Position numbers and translations under genes: made by a program. A stretch of DNA of 64,000 bases from Octopus sinensis (taxonomy: Eukaryota), in contig NC_043008.1 of assembly GCF_006345805.1 (NCBI RefSeq), positions 63,116,001-63,180,000 on the forward strand. The letters are read 5' to 3'. A model generated the notes under the pieces. It searched no databases, was not told the origin of the DNA, and saw only the letters and a list, made by a program, of their open reading frames with translations. Positions 40,141 through 54,720 of this stretch are shown here, piece by piece; position 1 is the stretch's first letter, and every line of letters starts with the position of its first letter.

Positions 40141-40964
40141 GTACCTAATCTATCAGATCTTTTCCCCAAACTGCAATGGTTAAATTACTGGAATGTAAAC
40201 AAACCAACACCGATTGTCAAGTGGAGGTGGTGAGGAGACAAGTCTCACATACACATCAACACACACACACACACACACACACTTCTTACCACACAGCTAT
40301 ACCTGTGTCATCACCATCGTCATTGTTATTAGTCGTCATCTCATTGTTGTCATCAACATCTTCCTCATCATCATCATCCTCACAACCACCACCATTGCCA
40401 TTATCATCACCATGATCATTACCACCACCACCACCACCATCACCCTCTTCTTCCACCTCAGTATCCTCACCATCATTCTTCCTTTTCCTCATTGTCATCG
40501 CTGTCATCATCGCCATTGTCATCAATGTTTTAACGTCAACTTTTCTATGCTTGCATAGATCAGATGAGAATATGTTGGCACAGACATTCCTATGGTGAAG
40601 TGACCTTTCTGATGTTGACCCTGACTTGTTTCCAAGCAAACAAAAATAATTCCTCTGCTAATTGAACAAGATACATCCCAGACTAGGTTACATGGAAATA
40701 AAACAGCCTTTTGTTTACAATTAGCAAATACGCATGAAAATATGTGAAAACACAAACTCACACACACACACACACACTCACGCCCATAAACACACACACA
40801 CTCAGACACACAAAAGCAAACACATGCAAAGATATATGGATGTATTCAACAAGTTTCTTCAGCTTCAGTTTACCAAATTTTCAAATAAAGTATTGGTCAC
40901 CTCCTGGCTATAGTACTGTATGCTAGCTGACAGCACCCATGCCTGAGGATTGAACCTACTAACC

Positions 40965-41565
40965 TATTTCTTTACTACCCACAAGGGTCTAAACACAGAG
41001 AGGACAAACAAGGACAGATAAACGGATTAAGTCGATTATATCGACCCCAGTGCGTAACTAGTACTTATTTAATCGACCCCGAAAGGATGAAAGGCAAAGT
41101 TGACCTCGGCGAAATTTGAACTCAGAACGTAGTGGCAGACAAAATACCTGTTTCTTTACTACACACAAGGGGCTAAACACAGAGGAGACAAACAAGGACA
41201 GACAAACGGATTAAGTTGATTATATCGACCCCAGTGTGTAACTGGTACTTAATTTATCGACCCGGAAAGGATGAAAGGCAAAGTCGACCTCCGCGGAATT
41301 TGAACTCAGAACGTAGCTGCAGACGAAATACCAATTTCTTTACTACCCACAAGGGGCTAAACACAGAGGAGACAAACAAGGACAGACAGACGGATTAAGT
41401 CGATTATATCGGGTCCAGTGGGTAACTGGTACTTATTTAATTGACCCAGAAAGGATGAAAGGCAAAATCGACCTCGGCGGAATTTGAACTCAGAACATAA
41501 CGGCAGACGAAGTACGGCTATGCATTTCACCCGGTGTGCTAACATTTCTGCCAGCTCGCTGCCTT
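40965..41565 (-). mobile_element. SINE family B with 3' part triplicated (~185-bp units)
   Basis: TTTCTTTACTAC(C/A)CACAAGGG recurs at about 40967, 41151 and 41335; a single head lies at ~41520-41563. Confidence 0.9.
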
Positions 41566-43179
41566 AGTCGAACCAACTAATTATATGGTTCTAAAGGTAA
41601 GCTTGTTAATGACGCAACCGTGCTTGTACAATTTACAACATTGTTTGCAGTGGGCTATTATAAATTACATGTCTCTCTATTGCAATTTTTATGTATCACT
41701 GAAAGCAAAAAATTGAAATTATTCATCGTTTGTAGATTGGTTTGTAGAAGTCCATTGCCTTGCAATGTCCATACCAGCACATTTATTTCTCTAACTTACT
41801 ATCATTTAGTGCATTCACACACACACACACACACAATACAGTTACACATCTGAAATGCATGGAAGCCATAAACAATATTATAAATGATCAGTTTTTGACA
41901 TTTATTCCATTCTAATAGAAAACAGCTTAATTTGGATGCATTCTTTCTTTGCAATTTAAATTACATTATTCTGTTAAAATTACATCTCATTGTTAAATGT
42001 TGCTACACTTTAGAATGAATGACATTTGGAATTAATTGTCAGACAATTAATTGCATGTGGTAATTGTTTATTTGCCCAATTAAAAGCAGCCTATTGAAAT
42101 ATGATATCATTTGACCAATCAATAATGAAAACATATTCACAACTCTTTTTTCAAAATAAACAAATTAAAATATATCTCTTGTATTGTCGGTATATATAAT
42201 ACCTTCTTAATTCACCTTGCCATATCTCTAATAGACATAATCACAGTCCAAAGTTTTCAATATAATGTTTTTAATCTCTGAAATGAAAGATCAATGAAGA
42301 GTATCATATTTTTAGAAGGAACCATTTGTATTTTATTTCTGAAATTTCCAAATGCTATCGTATTCCCATATTGATTTTTTAAATGGCATTATTTATTAGA
42401 TAAGAATGAGTCTCCCTGGCCACTGTGAGAACATATTCACAAATTTAAGATTTCTTATTCTAGAAAATGTCAAGAAAGATTAGTTTAACTATTCCTGCTG
42501 GTGTATAGACAATAGTTCCTGTATCTATTGAGGAAGCAATAACTGACATCATTATCAACCCAGGGCAAAGATGTTAGGCCATTGTCACTTCTCATTCTGT
42601 TGCAAGCATTCAGACCTAGACGCAGGTTTGAAGAGACTCTGTTTTTAACACACAACCTCTCCATCTACATTTTTTTTTTTCAGTAGAATTATACTTTGTC
42701 AGAAAGTACCACAGAAAATATCTTCAAGGCAAAGATCTGCTAAGAAATCATGCAATGATATCTAACAATAATTCTTAATGAAGATCTAACCATTATCAGT
42801 ATTTTGGTATTTCTCTAGTTTGTGACTGGTACCTTTTCAATAAAGTGCCTGGTTAGAGAGATTTCATCAGGAATAAGCAAATACTGAGAATGGCATGTTA
42901 ACATAGAGTTAACACGAAGCTATAGAGTATTATTCAGGCACACAACTATGAGTCTACTGCATCTAATGGCAGGAAAAGCTGTAAGATAATGAAGTTCATA
43001 ACATAACTAATTTTTCCTTTCTTATCCATTTTTGCATATATATATATATATATACATATAACATATACACATACATGCATACATACATACATACATACCT
43101 ATATATACATATATATATATATATTAATAAATGAAATAAAACATGCATATATATAAACATATATGTACGTACCTACCTC

Positions 43180-43545
43180 TACATGTACATATACATGCAT
43201 ATATGAGTACAAGACACCAAAGGGACGTCGAACACAATGAGAAACGAAAACATAGACACAAACCAAAGGAACTGGACATTTTTTTAAAACAACAAAAAAA
43301 TAGAGTACAGGACAATTAACACAAAGAAAAAACCCCTTCTTCAGTCGCTACGGTTTCATCTACTCTGCGTTTCGAAGGATAAAAGCGAGACGTATCTTCG
43401 ACAAGAAACTTTCCTTCCTGCGAAAAGCAAATCAATTAAAATTCTGAGATCTTTTCGCAGAGGGGTAAAAAATGGTAAAAAAACAGGACAGTAATGACAG
43501 TACAAAATATAAACAGTAAAAGACAGGACAGGGAAAAACAAGATA
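43180..43545 (-). mobile_element. Unclassified repeat next to (TA)n, possibly Penelope-derived
   Basis: CpG-rich island in AT-rich context with permuted hammerhead core words (GAAAC...CTGAAGA). Confidence 0.4.
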
Positions 43546-44474
43546 AGAAGGGCTGTTATATATATTGGTCAAGCACCAAATGTGCTTGACTCAACAAAAT
43601 TTTGGCTCAAGCTCAAACGAACCTTGATTATAGTTCAGTAACCTCAACATGCATTAGAAATACCGACTTTTTTCAATTGTTTCATTTCCATTAACTTTCT
43701 TAAACTCAGTTAAAATTGCATATACTTTATGTTAAAATATTCAATGTATTATAACTTTTATATTCATATAAGATATATAGCAAAATAATTAATGATTATA
43801 GAAATAAAATCTTTTTAACATTATTTACTCATGAATCTCTTCATATTCACATTTCACTCAGCATTCTATTTTACTATAACTTATCCTCTTCCACTCTTCT
43901 TCTTTCTATGTTTGTTTACTCTTTTCCCCATTTATTCTCCTCCCCTTTCTATCAATCATCTTCTCTTTATATATCTATCTTTCTGTCTGTCTGCCAGTCA
44001 TTCTGTCTCTCTGTCTCCATCCCTGCCTTTCTCTTTCTGTCTTTGCCTTTGAGTTACCCCCTTACACTCTTCCTCCTCCTACTGCTGCAACTTCCTCTCT
44101 TTCTCTCTTATACTGCCTCCTCTATCTCCCAAATCATATTCACATTTCACTCAGCCCTCTCTTCTACTCTTACTTATCCTCTCCCAATCTTCCTTCTATG
44201 TTTGTTTACTCTCTCTCTCCTACTTATTCTCCTCCATTTTCTATCAGTCATTCCCTCTTTATACATCTATCTCTCTATTTGTTTGTCTGTCTGTCTGTCT
44301 GTCTATCTGCCTGTCTCTTTCTCTCTCTCTCTTTTCCCCATTAAAAACCAATAATCACGTCACTGTAGTATGGAGTTGAACCAGAAATTGGACTAACAAT
44401 GGCAATGGTACTTGAATGTTACTCTAAATAATAAATGATACAATATAATCTTAAAAAACATGAAATTTAAAAGG

Positions 44475-45312
44475 AAAAATTTCCTGTTTTACAGAAAAAA
44501 GTGTTCAACAAAATGTTCAAACTTCAAATTTTTCTGAAATAAAACTGTTTCCCAAAAAACGTTTAATAAATTTTTGAGCCTTCAAAAGTTAGAAACTAGA
44601 ATTGAAAAAGTAAAAAAGAATGTTAATTGGCATTTTGTGTCACTTTTTTGAAATGCTCATCTCATTAGCAAACAAATATTATTTTTAAAATGGTGGGGAA
44701 TACCACCACTTCAATCCCCTTTTATTAACGAATCAAGATTAACTATATCATTTTTTTTAGAAGCACAAGTAGGAGCATTTAATGGGGATTAAGGACGGAA
44801 ATAGACAAATAATGGAATGGAGGAGAGAAGAAAAAAAGGAGGGGGAGGAAGAGAAGAAAAACACGAAACAAAGGTAAGTTCAGGAAGAAGGATAATGAGC
44901 TATTTGAAGAGGAAAGACGGAAGGAGTTGAATGATAGAATGAAGAAGCGAAAAGGAAAAGAAAGAGAAAAGGAAAAGAAGAAGAAAAGAGAGAAGAATGA
45001 AAGAGAGATAAGTCTAGGAAAGATGATGACCCAGATGAAGAGAAAGGATTGAAAAGTGGAAAGAAGAAGAGGAAAGGAAAAGAAAGAGGAGGAAGAGAAG
45101 AGAAAAGAGTTTATTATTAAAACTATTATTTTTTTTTCAAAAAGTGCAACAAAATGCCAATTAAAATTCCTTTCATTTTTTCAATTCTTGTTTCTTACTT
45201 TTGAAAGGCTCAACATTTTATTAAACCTTTTCCTGTAAAACAAAATTTTTTTTTGAAAAATTCAAATTTCGAAAATTTGCTGAACTCTTTTCCTTTAAAC
45301 AGAAATTTTTCG
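44475..45312. repeat. Diverged inverted repeat (~180-bp arms)
   Basis: 44475-44655 pairs with 45135-45312. Confidence 0.7.
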
Positions 45313-45661
45313 ATTTAGTATAAGTGTGTGTGTGTGTGTACATACATACATGGATATATATATACACAAATATATGTGTGTGTGTGTTTCAGTTCCCAGT
45401 TGTTAAATCTACAATCGCTCACAAGACAATGGCCATTGTGGAAATATAGTAGAAACATTTGTCCAACATGCCATGCAGTAACATTGAACTGAAAAACGTA
45501 ACTGGGTTGTAGAGATCCTACTACAAAGGTATGGCTGTGACTATAAATAATCATTTTTGCAGGTTGTTTTCATTGCCCCATTGAACAAATGCTGTATACT
45601 TGGGCTATGAGCAGTATCATAGATTTGCATTTAGTGAATGGACAATACCATATATATACAC

Positions 45662-45913
45662 ATTGGGTTGGTGCATAATAATTGTGGTGTTTTCCAACAA
45701 ATTTTATTCAACAAAAACAATAACAACATGTAACAAAAACATCTTTAAATGATTATCCTGGAGCATATTCACCATCTACTTCAATTACTGCTTCCCATTT
45801 GCTTGGCAGATGGTGAGACCGTCATTTAAGGACGTTTTTATTAAATATTGTTATTGCTTGTGTTGAATAAAATTTGTTGAAAGAAAGCTGCAATATTTAT
45901 GCACCAACCGAAT
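45662..45913. mobile_element. Mariner-derived MITE
   Basis: TIRs ATTGGGTTGGTGCATAA and TTATGCACCAACCGAAT. Confidence 0.75.
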
Positions 45914-46074
45914 ATGCATGAAGTATCTGTTAATTGTTATTTTCTGTATGTTATGCATATTTGTATGTCTTATGATTTTGTGATATGCATTTGTCTACTA
46001 GTATGCAAAGAATCCATTTGTAAGAAAGAATCAGAAATTAGAAGAGAGAGAAGAAAAGAAGATGTTTGTTGCAA

Positions 46075-46815
46075 TTCTTTAGCTCTGGGGCAATTTCGAT
46101 CAAGAAGACTGAAGATTGAAAAGGTTCATGCCATGAGAATTCTATATTGTTTTTCACATATAGTGAGGGTAAGATTTCATTCCTCACGATAACTATTTTA
46201 CATGGTTTCCATTATACGCTCCAGAAATAAAATATACATTTAAAAACTGTAATTTGTAGCCTCAATTATACTTATTAAATTAACTGTAGCAGGTACTTTA
46301 TTAAATATACCTTCTAATTATGACAGGAACCATTGTTGTATAATCGTATGCATATATGTATGCATTTATGCATGTGTATGTATATATATATTTACATATA
46401 TATGTGTATGTATATATGTATTTACGTATATATATATATATGTGTGTGTGTGTGCATGTATGTATGTGTATATATACATATACATACACACACATACACA
46501 AACATCTTGACAGATAGATATACATATTGATATTCAATGCTACACAAAAACTTTTTCTGTTTATTTTAATTAGAATGTTTATTTAATTAAGTCCCTGCAA
46601 CTGCTAATTAAATAAGTATAATGGAAGTTTTAAAATTACAAAAATTATATCTTTTTTAAATATATAATTTATTTCTATAATGTATATAATAATTAGGAAA
46701 TTTTGCATCATACAATTTTACCCTCACTCTGTTTGAAAGAAGATACAGAATGGTCACCTAGAACCAGTTTAATCTTAAATCTTCTGGATCTAAGTAAACC
46801 AGGAACTTGAGAATT
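46075..46815. repeat. Diverged inverted repeat (~245-bp arms) around a TA/TG microsatellite
   Basis: 46075-46321 pairs with 46568-46815, for example AGTGAGGGTAAGATT and AATTTTACCCTCACT. Confidence 0.7.
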
Positions 46816-47420
46816 TTTTAAGCAGCCATTTTTCTTTTGTCTTTTTATTTTATATATTTTATTACATTTTTGCGTTTCAGTATTGGTACATTTTTATTTT
46901 TACTGGATAACAGAGACATTAGAAACAAGTACAACTCTACTGAATATATTCCTCGAATGTAAATACAGGAATTACAGACCATTCCATCATAGATAATACG
47001 TTTGAAATTTAGAGGAAAGCAAAAATCTATATTTTGACAATTTCTCTTTCTCTTTGTATATTTTTTTCCTGTTTCCTGTTTTTTTCCTTTCCTTTTATTT
47101 CCCCCTGTCTTTCTTCCTCTTTGACTTCCTTTCTTTTCTTTGTCCTTTGAAGATTGGAGATGTCACAGATAATATTTTTTGTGCTTTTCTATTACATACA
47201 ACATATCTTAGAGTTGAATATTTGTGGAAAATGTATGAATATATATATATGTATGTATATATTTTGGCAAAAGTGACCGACAAAATAAGTACTAAGCTTA
47301 CAAAGAATAAGTCCTGGGGTCAATTTGTTTGACTAAAGGTGGTGCTTTAGCATGGCCACGGTCAAATGACTGAAACAAGTAAAAGAGTATGTGTGTGTGT
47401 GTGTCTAGATATATATATAT

Positions 47421-47871
<451 letters not shown>

Positions 47872-48590
47872 TGTTTCTTTATTAGCCATACAGGGCTGCA
47901 CACAGATAGAACAAATTACAAGGTAGAGCTTTTCTTTTGGGGGTAAAAAAAAAAAAAAGGGGAGTGGTGGTTTTCGATCAAAAGGGATCGTAAAAGGAAA
48001 GAAAAAGGACAAAAAAAAAGGGGAGTGGTTAAAAAAAGGGGGGGAGAGAACAAAAAATGAATAATAGGGATCGTTATCACAGAAATGTCAATATGAAGTG
48101 TAAAGGGGAGGACAGGTGAGGTTTACCTGTGGAAAGAAAAGCCTACGGAAAAGACCACGGTAACCTCGGTCAATGAAGTCACATGTTATATTTCTTTTTT
48201 TTTTTGCAAATAAGCAACTCTCTGTATTAATTTTTATGGTTCATAGAATCATAGTCAAGGTGGCTTCGTCATTCATACGTGCCATCCTTGCTACATTCAC
48301 CCATCCTTTTTTAAAACATTCACTAGACAAAACTTGCCTCTCTACTCTCACTTTCCTCTTCAAGTGATACTTGAAGAAGTTGATGAGAGATTGACCAGAG
48401 AGGAAAGTGTTTGTCTCTAATCCTTTCAGGCGCGTCCACCAGATACATTCTTTCGCCATAGCCACAAGTATGATAAAAATAGCTCTTCCTTCCCGTTTGA
48501 AAGAAGGAGGCGTGACGATATTAACGATAGACTCGGCTGATAAACCGACACGTCCCACACGTGACAGCAGTCGTTCGACATAAGCTTTAC
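47872..48590 (-). mobile_element. 5'-truncated Tx1/L1-clade LINE 3' end
   Basis: ORF 48241..48681 'ILVAMAKECIWWTR...FFKYHLKRKVRVER...FKKGW' resembles the Tx1 ORF2 C-terminus; AATAAA lies just before the (TATC)n tract. Confidence 0.7.
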
Positions 48591-49544
48591 TTTGGAGGTC
48601 CATAAAATACAGTACAATTGAAATACTGTAGTAGATGTAAACATAGAACTCCCTACCACACTGTGCCTCAATTAAAAACACTAATTAGGATTTAAAGATT
48701 TCTGTCCATGGTCCTTCCGAACATCTACTCCCTTATGAAACGAGATTTTATGACTCCTTATAGCTTTTTTGAAGGAGCATACAACCTTCTCAACCGAAGT
48801 TTTAGAAATGTATTTCAAGATGTTTGATTAGAACCCTTTTGTATGTTTTTAGGGGGAATTCTTGTAGATGAATAGAACTTATTGCTGGATCCAGAATGAA
48901 TGAAACCATTTTCTTTCATATCAGTTTAAACGATGGCAACCACAGTTCTCAATGCACAATAGCAGTATTGAAGAATTCTTGCCCCACTCTATTTGCATGT
49001 GTACCAGCAGGGTTGTAAAATCATTATTGAATTGTTCATTCATCCTTTTCTTTAGTTGTATACATGTCAGTGAATATCCAGAAGTCTTTCACCTTAGTCA
49101 CTGACAAGCATTCAAAGAAAAATATACAACATTCCATGCAACAAAGGAATGACTTGTTCGCAATATTGGCAAGTATATCGGCAGTCTGATTGGAAGGCCA
49201 TGCTTGGTTTCGTGCCAAGGCTAATCAGTCTAAGTTAAGTAAAAAAATCATGATACTCTGATATTTAGGTCCTCATGTCCTCTCTACCAGTTGTAATTTG
49301 ATATTTACTTTTCTCAGAGAAAGTTTGGAAGGACAGTCTTGTATAAAAGAATTTTATACACTCTGTGGTGTATTATATAAGTTCCTTTCCCTATGGTATA
49401 TACACCCATACATACATACATATCTATATATATATGACCCTATGGTCATAACTCCAACCGTGTTTTTTCTGCTGTGATTTTTGCTACCCAGGTATCGGTT
49501 AAACTTTTGAATAATCCGTAACAAGATAATTCATTTATCCATTT

Positions 49545-49585
<41 letters not shown>

Positions 49586-49599
49586 TGGCATGCGTCATT

Positions 49600-50130
49600 T
49601 TGATGGTAGATTATGGAGTATGTTAGATAGGGAGAATGCTTTCAATATAGCAATGGGGTCATCTGACTCTGCATAGGTCACAGACCTATTCAGAATATAT
49701 ATCCTTTCATTAATCCAGTCTTCTTTCCGGAAGTAACAGGACGTCTATATAGGGATGAAGCCTTCTTTTTTCTGGACAAAAGTAGCAAAGTAAAATAAAA
49801 AAGGCATAGGAAAAATTTCTTTAGATTTAAAAAAAAATTTAGGACTAAATATTACTATGGGAATGTATTATTGTAGAGTAAATTTTCTTGATGCTACCAT
49901 GTCTTGATACTGCATTATTTTAACCATTTCATAAGCCAAATGATCATATTAAGTAGATAAATGTAGCATCCAACCATCCACCCTCAACAATATTGGGATT
50001 AGCTAAGAATATTTCTACAAGAATTTCTAGATTATTGGCTAATAATAAAATTTTCGAATCACCTGCAACTTATTATGATGATACTTTAGCTAGGATTGGG
50101 TACTGTGAAAAAATTCAATATATACAAGAA
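49600..50130 (+). pseudogene. Penelope-like RT fragment
   Basis: 'FNIAMGSSDSA', 'YRDE', 'VNFLDAT', 'PFHKPND', 'NVASNHPPS' and 'ISTRISRL' appear in PLE RT order, broken by stops and frameshifts. Confidence 0.8.
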
Positions 50131-50269
50131 GGCATACTCAATAGTGATAATTCCTCCAATAGTAATACACATTGTACACCATCACAATGTCATGGTATGA
50201 GAACTCACTCAGAGAATACAGGCCAGGAAGAATTGCTCAAGACCAGGAAGTGCCAACGAAAACTAATAA

Positions 50270-50343
50270 ACACTTCTACTGTATCCTCAGGCCGACCAAA
50301 GCCTTGTGAGTGGATTTGGTAGATGGAAACTTAAAAAGCCTGT

Positions 50344-50393
<50 letters not shown>

Positions 50394-50620
50394 ATATATA
50401 TGTATGTATGTATGTATGTATTTGCCTGTGTGTGTTTGTCCTGCCAACATCACTTGACAACCGATGCTGATGTGTTACGACTTAGTGGTTCGGCAAAAGA
50501 GACCAATAAAATAAGTACTAGGCTTACAATGAATAAGTCCTGGGGCCGATTTGCTCGATTAAAGGTGGCGTTCCAGCATGGCCACAGTCAAATGACTGAA
50601 ACAAGTAAAAGAGTAAAAGA
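50270..50620 (+). mobile_element. SINE family A, partial
   Basis: Reverse complement of the 27612-28005 body. Confidence 0.85.
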
Positions 50621-51759
50621 GCATTACAAAAAGAGAAACAAACACGTAATCCAGCGAGGGAAATATTGAAAATAACTGTGAATGTGTATGTGCATGTGTG
50701 TGTGTGTGTGTGTTTACACATATGCATATATACATACCAGCATACAGTTACACACTACACACGCACATTTGATGACTGTCATGCATGAGAACTTCAGCCC
50801 TTGATTTACTTTGAAAGTTTCGCTGATTAAAACATTCATGGGAGTGTATGCTTGTATATGATCTTTCAACTTGGACTTAATGCAGTCAGACATACAAGGA
50901 AACACACACAAATGAACAAAAGAAAAAACGTGATGCTTGATAATGAACTTTCCATATAGTATAGCTAACTATTGTGTTTTGTATTTGTTAATTAATTGAG
51001 TCATATATTTGATTTAAATTAATTTATAGAAACTATTGTAGAATCCCTAGGGAATGGAAAGTATAAATAATGGCTCTTTGCTAATTTTTCCAATATCATT
51101 ATTTGATGATAACCTAGGAAGATTTTCAAATGAACTCTTCTTCTCAGAAGCGTTATATTCTTGTATTAGAAAGAAAATAAGAAAATGTACGATAGATATT
51201 ATTACATTAGTAACTATAGCTGATGTTAACAGGAAATGAAAGGGTTTCATGTAATCTATCACATATCATCTTACTTCGGTATTACATTGGATGATATGCA
51301 AACTGCACACACACATGTTACCAAAACACATGGCACACTGCTGTCTATGATAACTTTGTGTATATGTGTGTACATAGACACATATGCACATACTCACCTT
51401 AGTCATACAGAACACAAACACACACAACTCATACAAAATGATGGAGCATTTACATAATTAGATTTTGCAAATGAAAAGCAGTGTTTATCTTATAAAGTCA
51501 CTGACAACATGTATTGAGTAATGCATCTTTGGAATTTAGGATTATAAAGCATATTAAATTTAAATGTGAGAGTGGTAGTGATGGTGGTGGTTGTTGTCAT
51601 CGTTGTTGTCACCATCACCACCACTGTAGCAATGGCTGATATTATCCTCGTTGATTTTCATATTTTTAAGATGTTTTTTACACCTGGACAAACTTCTTTA
51701 TAGTTTCCTATCACAAACTTTTTTATAGCATGGACTGAATTCATTTCATTATACCATTG

Positions 51760-52057
51760 ATGGCACATGGCCTAGTGGTTAGAGCAGCGGACTCATGGTT
51801 GAGGAATCGTGGGTTCGAATTTCAGCCCGGTCGATGTGTGTGTTTATGAGTGAAACACCTAAGCTCCACATGGCTCCGGCAGAAGGTAATGGCAAACTTC
51901 TGCTGACTCTTTTGCCACAACTTTCTCTCACTCTTTCCTCCTGAATCTTGCAGCTCACCTGCAATGGACCAGCGTCCATTCAGGTGGGGAACCTATACAC
52001 CAAGGAAACTTGGAAACTGGCCCTTATGAGCCAGGCATGGCTCGAGAAGGAACAAAC
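51760..52057 (+). mobile_element. tRNA-derived SINE family C with TSD
   Basis: A and B boxes present; ATACCA flanks both sides. Confidence 0.9.
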
Positions 52058-52989
52058 ATCATACCAACACTAATCAGACTTTGTCTGATAGGATATTTCT
52101 GTTATATCAGATTTTATTCAGTACAGCAACCAATGATGCTTGAAGACGTTGTCATCCTTGATGAGTTCCAAAGTGGCTCCATGGGTCTAGGGGCCCATTG
52201 CAAACCTATATATGCTGTGGTTAGCTGTCAGGAAATAAATACTAAATTTCAAAGAACATTGATTCTCAAGGGCCTATAATGCTGTTAAGGCCGAGCTGGT
52301 CACCGTTCTTCAAGGTGGTTTTCAATTTTGAGTGGCTTGCAGAATTATCATTTCCTCCATGGTGTGGTGATAGTAAATTATAAATTTAAAGTTTGCTTAA
52401 CAGTGTAATAAATCAAAATTTATTTAGAATGTTGAAGTCTGTAAAGTGCATTACTGTCTATTCTGAAATTCAATGATTCTTCTTAGGATTAATTTTTCAC
52501 ATAGCAATATTAAAATGAGCTTAAAAGCAACAGCAATATTACTAGTAGGATGTGTTTGAATACTAAGCATTAGTTTGCTCTTGGCATAAGTTGAAAACTG
52601 TTTGTTAATAGATATGTTTCTATGAATATAAAGCTGCTGTATATGATGTTATAAAAGTACAATTCAAAATTTATAGAAATCTTTTCTATATATCAAAGTA
52701 TTGAGTAAACTACCCAAGATGATTGTTAGCTATCAAAGCAATGCATCCTTCAAAACTTTCTCTCTAAAATTCACCAACATGATTCATGATTTGATGTGCT
52801 TCCTTTACATTTTTCTTATCATGGTTTCATTTTACTATTCATTTCTCTGGTGGGGTTTTATGTGTGTTTTTCAAGTGTTTAATGTGTATGCACTTTTCCT
52901 ACTAACATTGCTGTTTTTCTTTATTTGACATATTATCACAGGTTTTGTTGGAACTCTTGGAGTCTTGCATACATAGTGGGCTTGCTACC

Positions 52990-54200
52990 TGCAACCTATG
53001 TTACCATGCTACCCATTCTTTTCAGCTATCTAATACTTTCCTGATTATTCTGACCGTGCCAAGAAGTCAAAACTTTTGTAACAGTTCTACTGGGCACTCT
53101 ATTCTAATTTCCTTTATGTTCCTTTTGATGCTGTCTGATACTGTTCCTAAAGATCCAACAATAATTGGCACTATCTTCACCTTCTTCATTTTCCATAGCT
53201 GGGCTATTTCGTACTTAAGAGGGTTGTATTTATCTATTTTTTCGCCTTACTTCTTGACTATTTGTGTGTCGAAAGGGCATGCAATAACAACTATATAGCA
53301 TGTGTGTTGCACCTTGTCCCCCTCCACTAGGCCCAGTCTGTTATGCTCTAGAATCTGATCTGTTTAGATTGGGAAATCCCAGAGGATTTTGCTATCCTCT
53401 GACTCCACCACTCTCTGTGGTTTGTGCTCATACTAAATTTTGCCTCTCCCTAGCCCCTGCTTTTCACACAGCAGTTGTTTCCAATGTACCATTTTGCTTT
53501 CTGATCATGTTGTCACAACTTGTAGTGGTTTTGGGCATGTCTAGGGCATTCGTTTGTGATATGGACAATGGTTTTATCCACTCTGTAACCCTAACCCTAA
53601 CTCTATAGACGAGGCACAGCAGAGACACTTGCTCATTCCAAAGGTTGACCCTCCAGTTTGTGGCCAAAGCTTGGTCTTGCACTGCCAGTGTAGTGCTACC
53701 AATCTCTTTTTATAGTGTTCCTTTCTTCAGCCAATCCCACAGAATTTTTCCAGCAACATCTGTTGTGGCTACAGGGAATTGATTGTGTAATCCCTTGTTG
53801 TGTAATTCTTCTTCATATCCTTTTTGTACTTTTTCCTTCATTTATTCGTCTTTTTTCTCTTACATCAATACTCCCTCGTTCCTTACTGACACTAGCAAAG
53901 TTTTCTTACTTTGGGCTAAGTATCTTATTAAATTCTCGAGTTCTATACGTACACAGTCTTTCACATTTATCAGTCCTCTTCCTTCAGTTGCTTTCTTCAT
54001 GTATATGCAATCAGTGTATGCTCACGGATGATGGACTCCATGCATCATTGGGAGCTTTTGCTGACAAGCTAATCTGTGGTATTGAGCAGAATATTTGCTG
54101 TAGCCTATCTTTTATATCAAGACAAAACAATGTACATGATAACACTTCCAATCAGTTAAGATGAGAAGCCACGAGAGCCACTGCCTGGAACTGAATCAGG
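52990..54200 (-). mobile_element. R4/Dong-like non-LTR retrotransposon 3' fragment (zinc knuckle plus restriction-like endonuclease)
   Basis: Minus strand 'QDQALAT', 'LWDFPI.TDQILEHNR', 'ACPFD...EKIDKY..LKYEIAQLWK...VPIIVGSLG', 'LLGTVRIIRKVL'. Confidence 0.8.
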
Positions 54201-54329
54201 CATTTACTATTATTATTATTGTTGTTTTTGTTGTTGTTGTTGTTGTTGCTGTTGTTTTTTGTTTTTATTATCATTATCATTATTTACTTTTAATCTGCAT
54301 GTTTGTTATAGCCACTTGCCAGGACACTC

Positions 54330-54720
54330 CCAGTGTTCTGGGCTGAGTGAATAGGAGATGTTACAGGATGACAGAAAGCTTGGGGTGGGGGGAAGCAGTG
54401 ATTTAAAATGGACAGGGTTTTTCTAAAGGTGTTGGCAATACTTGTTAGTCCAATTTGTTGGATTTCTCTGAATCATGGTTCTCCTGGGATATTATCCAGA
54501 TGGTTCTGACATCCCTTTTTTAACACACCTAGGGCACCTACAATAACAGGAACAGTTCTCATTTTAAGATCTACATCTTTTGTATTTCAATTTCCAGGTC
54601 CTTATATTTACTTAGTTTGTCAAATTCTTTGACAGAAATATTTTTATCAGTGGAAGAATTTACAGTCTACAAGTATTTACATCTCTGTCTTTAATAATAA
54701 TGTGTGGTTGATTAGCCTGA
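54330..54720 (-). mobile_element. Second R4/Dong-like RLE-domain 3' fragment between (TAA)n tracts
   Basis: 'DKNISVKEFDKLSKYKDLEIEIQKM...TVPVIVGALG'. Confidence 0.75.

Noticed and set aside
42480-42900. Possible exon or LINE RT remnant
   Set aside because: No sustained open frame or clear motif.
48600-49320. Possible CR1-type LINE remnant
   Set aside because: Only faint motif similarity; too degraded to support by eye.
53586-53602. Interstitial telomere
   Set aside because: Only two to three TAACCC units inside a retroelement.
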